Source: Camelus ferus (taxonomy: Eukaryota). Taken from it: a stretch of 64,000 bases of DNA. The stretch lies in assembly GCF_009834535.1 (NCBI RefSeq), contig NC_045698.1, positions 10,480,001 to 10,544,000 of the forward strand, given 5' to 3'. This document shows positions 62,088-64,000 of the stretch, in pieces. The notes beneath the pieces were generated by a model. That model had not been told where the DNA came from, searched no databases, and was given only the letters and a program-made list of their open reading frames with translations. The translations under genes and the position numbers were made by a program. Position 1 is the stretch's first letter. Every line of letters starts with the position of its first letter.

Positions 62088-62838
62088 TGTCTTAATTGGC
62101 TTGGGCTGCCGTGACAAAACACCATAGACTGGGAGGCTTAAACTACAGAAGTTTATTTTCTCACAGTTCCGGAGGCTAGGAAATCCAAGATCAAGGTGCT
62201 GGCTGGTTTGGTTTCTGGTGACAGCTTTCTTTCTGGTTTGCAGATGGCTGTCTTGTGTCCTCCACGGTAGACAGAGAAGTCTGCTGTCTCTTCCTCTTCT
62301 TATAAAAGCACCAATCCTGTCAGACTGGGGCCCCACCCTGATGACCTCATTTAACCTCTATCACCTTCTCACAGGCCCTATCTCCAAATTTCTTAGTCAG
62401 GTCAAGCTGCTATAACAAACTATCATATACTCGATGGCTTAAATAATTTTATTTCTTACAATTCTGGAGTCTGGAAGTCCAAGATGAGGGTGCCAGTATG
62501 ACTGAGTTCTAATGAAAAATCTTTTCTGGTTTTTATATTGCTGACTTCTCCTTATTTCCTCACTTGGCAGAGAGTAGCAGAGAGGAAGAGTAAACTGTCC
62601 TTTGACTCTTGTAAGGGCATTAATTTCATTCATGGTTTCTCCACCCTACTGACCTCATTTGGCCCTAATTACCTCCAATGGCCCCCCACCTCCTAACACC
62701 ATCCCATTGGAGGACAGGGTTTCAACACATGAATTTTGGGAGGACACATTCAGTTCATATGACCAAATATAGTCATATTGAGGATTAGGGCTTCAACTTA
62801 TGAATATGCAGTGGGGGGATATGATTCAGTCCACAGCA
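62088..62838 (-). mobile_element. MLT1A-like LTR with a second MaLR LTR nested at about 62390-62763
   Basis: Two successive ...GCTGC(C/T)-AACAAA...TTCTGGAG...AAGTCCAAGAT starts; TSD CAAAT at 62385-62389 and 62764-62768. Confidence 0.8.
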
Positions 62839-64000
62839 GATACTAAGGTACTAAGGGTATGGAGCTCCACTTTAGAAGCTCTTCAAATAAGTTAAGATTA
62901 TCAGCTGCCTGTGTTATTTGTTTAGGATGAAATTACACTTAGCTGGAAGCAAAAGACTGGTTTAATGTTTTCCAGAATTCCAAGTCTTTTTATATTATTC
63001 TCTGTTATTTCCTTATGTATGAAATGGTTTCAATTTCATGATTAAATTTCATCATGGCCTATACTTCTCCCAAAAAAACCTCTTGGGGACAATTTTGGGG
63101 GTTTCTAGGTAAACTATTACTACTGCAAGATATTTTTTAATAAACTATTTCCTCCAGTTTTCCCTGTAAAGTTATTTCTTCTAGTCTCAGAACTGCAAAT
63201 ACACAGTAGGCTCTCCATCCCCAAATCCTGCGTAAAAATAATGAGCACTCCACAATCAAGAAACATACTGAAAAGGGGGATCTTTCAAATAAATACTCAG
63301 GTATTCCTGGAGTAGTTAATTTCTAAGTGAAACTAGATATACTTGCTTCCAAGCCTGGGTACAGTACATGAACCTGTGAAACTAGAATAAACCAAAAAGT
63401 ACCTTTGCTGTGACTACTTTAGAAATTGATGTACAGAACATATTTGAAATCTATTTTTTATTGCTGTGACATTGGGAAATTCCAAATAGTGAAAATACAG
63501 AATGTTTTGACTTTGCTATAAAATATTAGTTTATGGTATTGAAAAGGAAGATGTGCATCCAATTGGTACTAAGTTCCTATTAGAGAATTAAAAAATCAGC
63601 CAATCCAATAAACAAACACTGCAATGCCTCAGCAGTACTCTTAATGAAAAATTACTGTAAATAAGGGCTGAAGTGTCCAAAGAATAGGGACTCAGAGTCT
63701 TTGATGCATTAACTATTCTAGGCAAGGCCACTGAAGAAGCAGTTTGAGATGATTCAAAATGCTACCAAGTCTAAGGACTTACAAGTTATAATACCATCAT
63801 TTTACTCTTAGTTATCTCATTTGGGAATGTTTGATTCTAAGGGGAAGCTGGAAACGGGAATTGTCTCTAGCAATGTTATTACACAGGCTTTTACTTAAGC
63901 TTAGTTTTGTGTTATTATTTATTCATCCTGACATAAAAATAGGCTAATTGTAATTATATCATAGTTCATTGTCTTACTTCTCACGACTTCCTCTAAGAAA

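Overview
Mammalian genomic DNA, probably camelid: there are two copies of a tRNA-derived SINE resembling camelid Vic-1, and no Alu or Bov-A/Bov-tA elements were seen. The window holds one complete, intact protein-coding gene on the + strand, OTULINL (FAM105A). It has 8 coding exons (12122-12185, 29738-29897, 29984-30015, 30122-30213, 30964-31113, 33197-33325, 34235-34504, 35301-35474), all introns are GT-AG, and the 1071-nt CDS gives 356 aa plus stop. A CpG-island promoter lies at about 11.5-12.9 kb. The product is an OTU-fold pseudo-deubiquitinase with Asp at the catalytic Cys position. The rest is intronic or intergenic DNA rich in L1, L2, MIR, MaLR/ERV LTRs and hAT/Tigger transposons, including a 4-5-level nested stack at 51.1-54.9 kb. 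I found no convincing novel biological system. The best speculative lead is a series of same-strand exon-shaped segments at 47-62 kb, most with in-frame stops, which could be remnants of a lost gene downstream of OTULINL. Repeat family names are recognised from memory and were not checked against a database; repeat boundaries are approximate unless a target-site duplication (TSD) is given.
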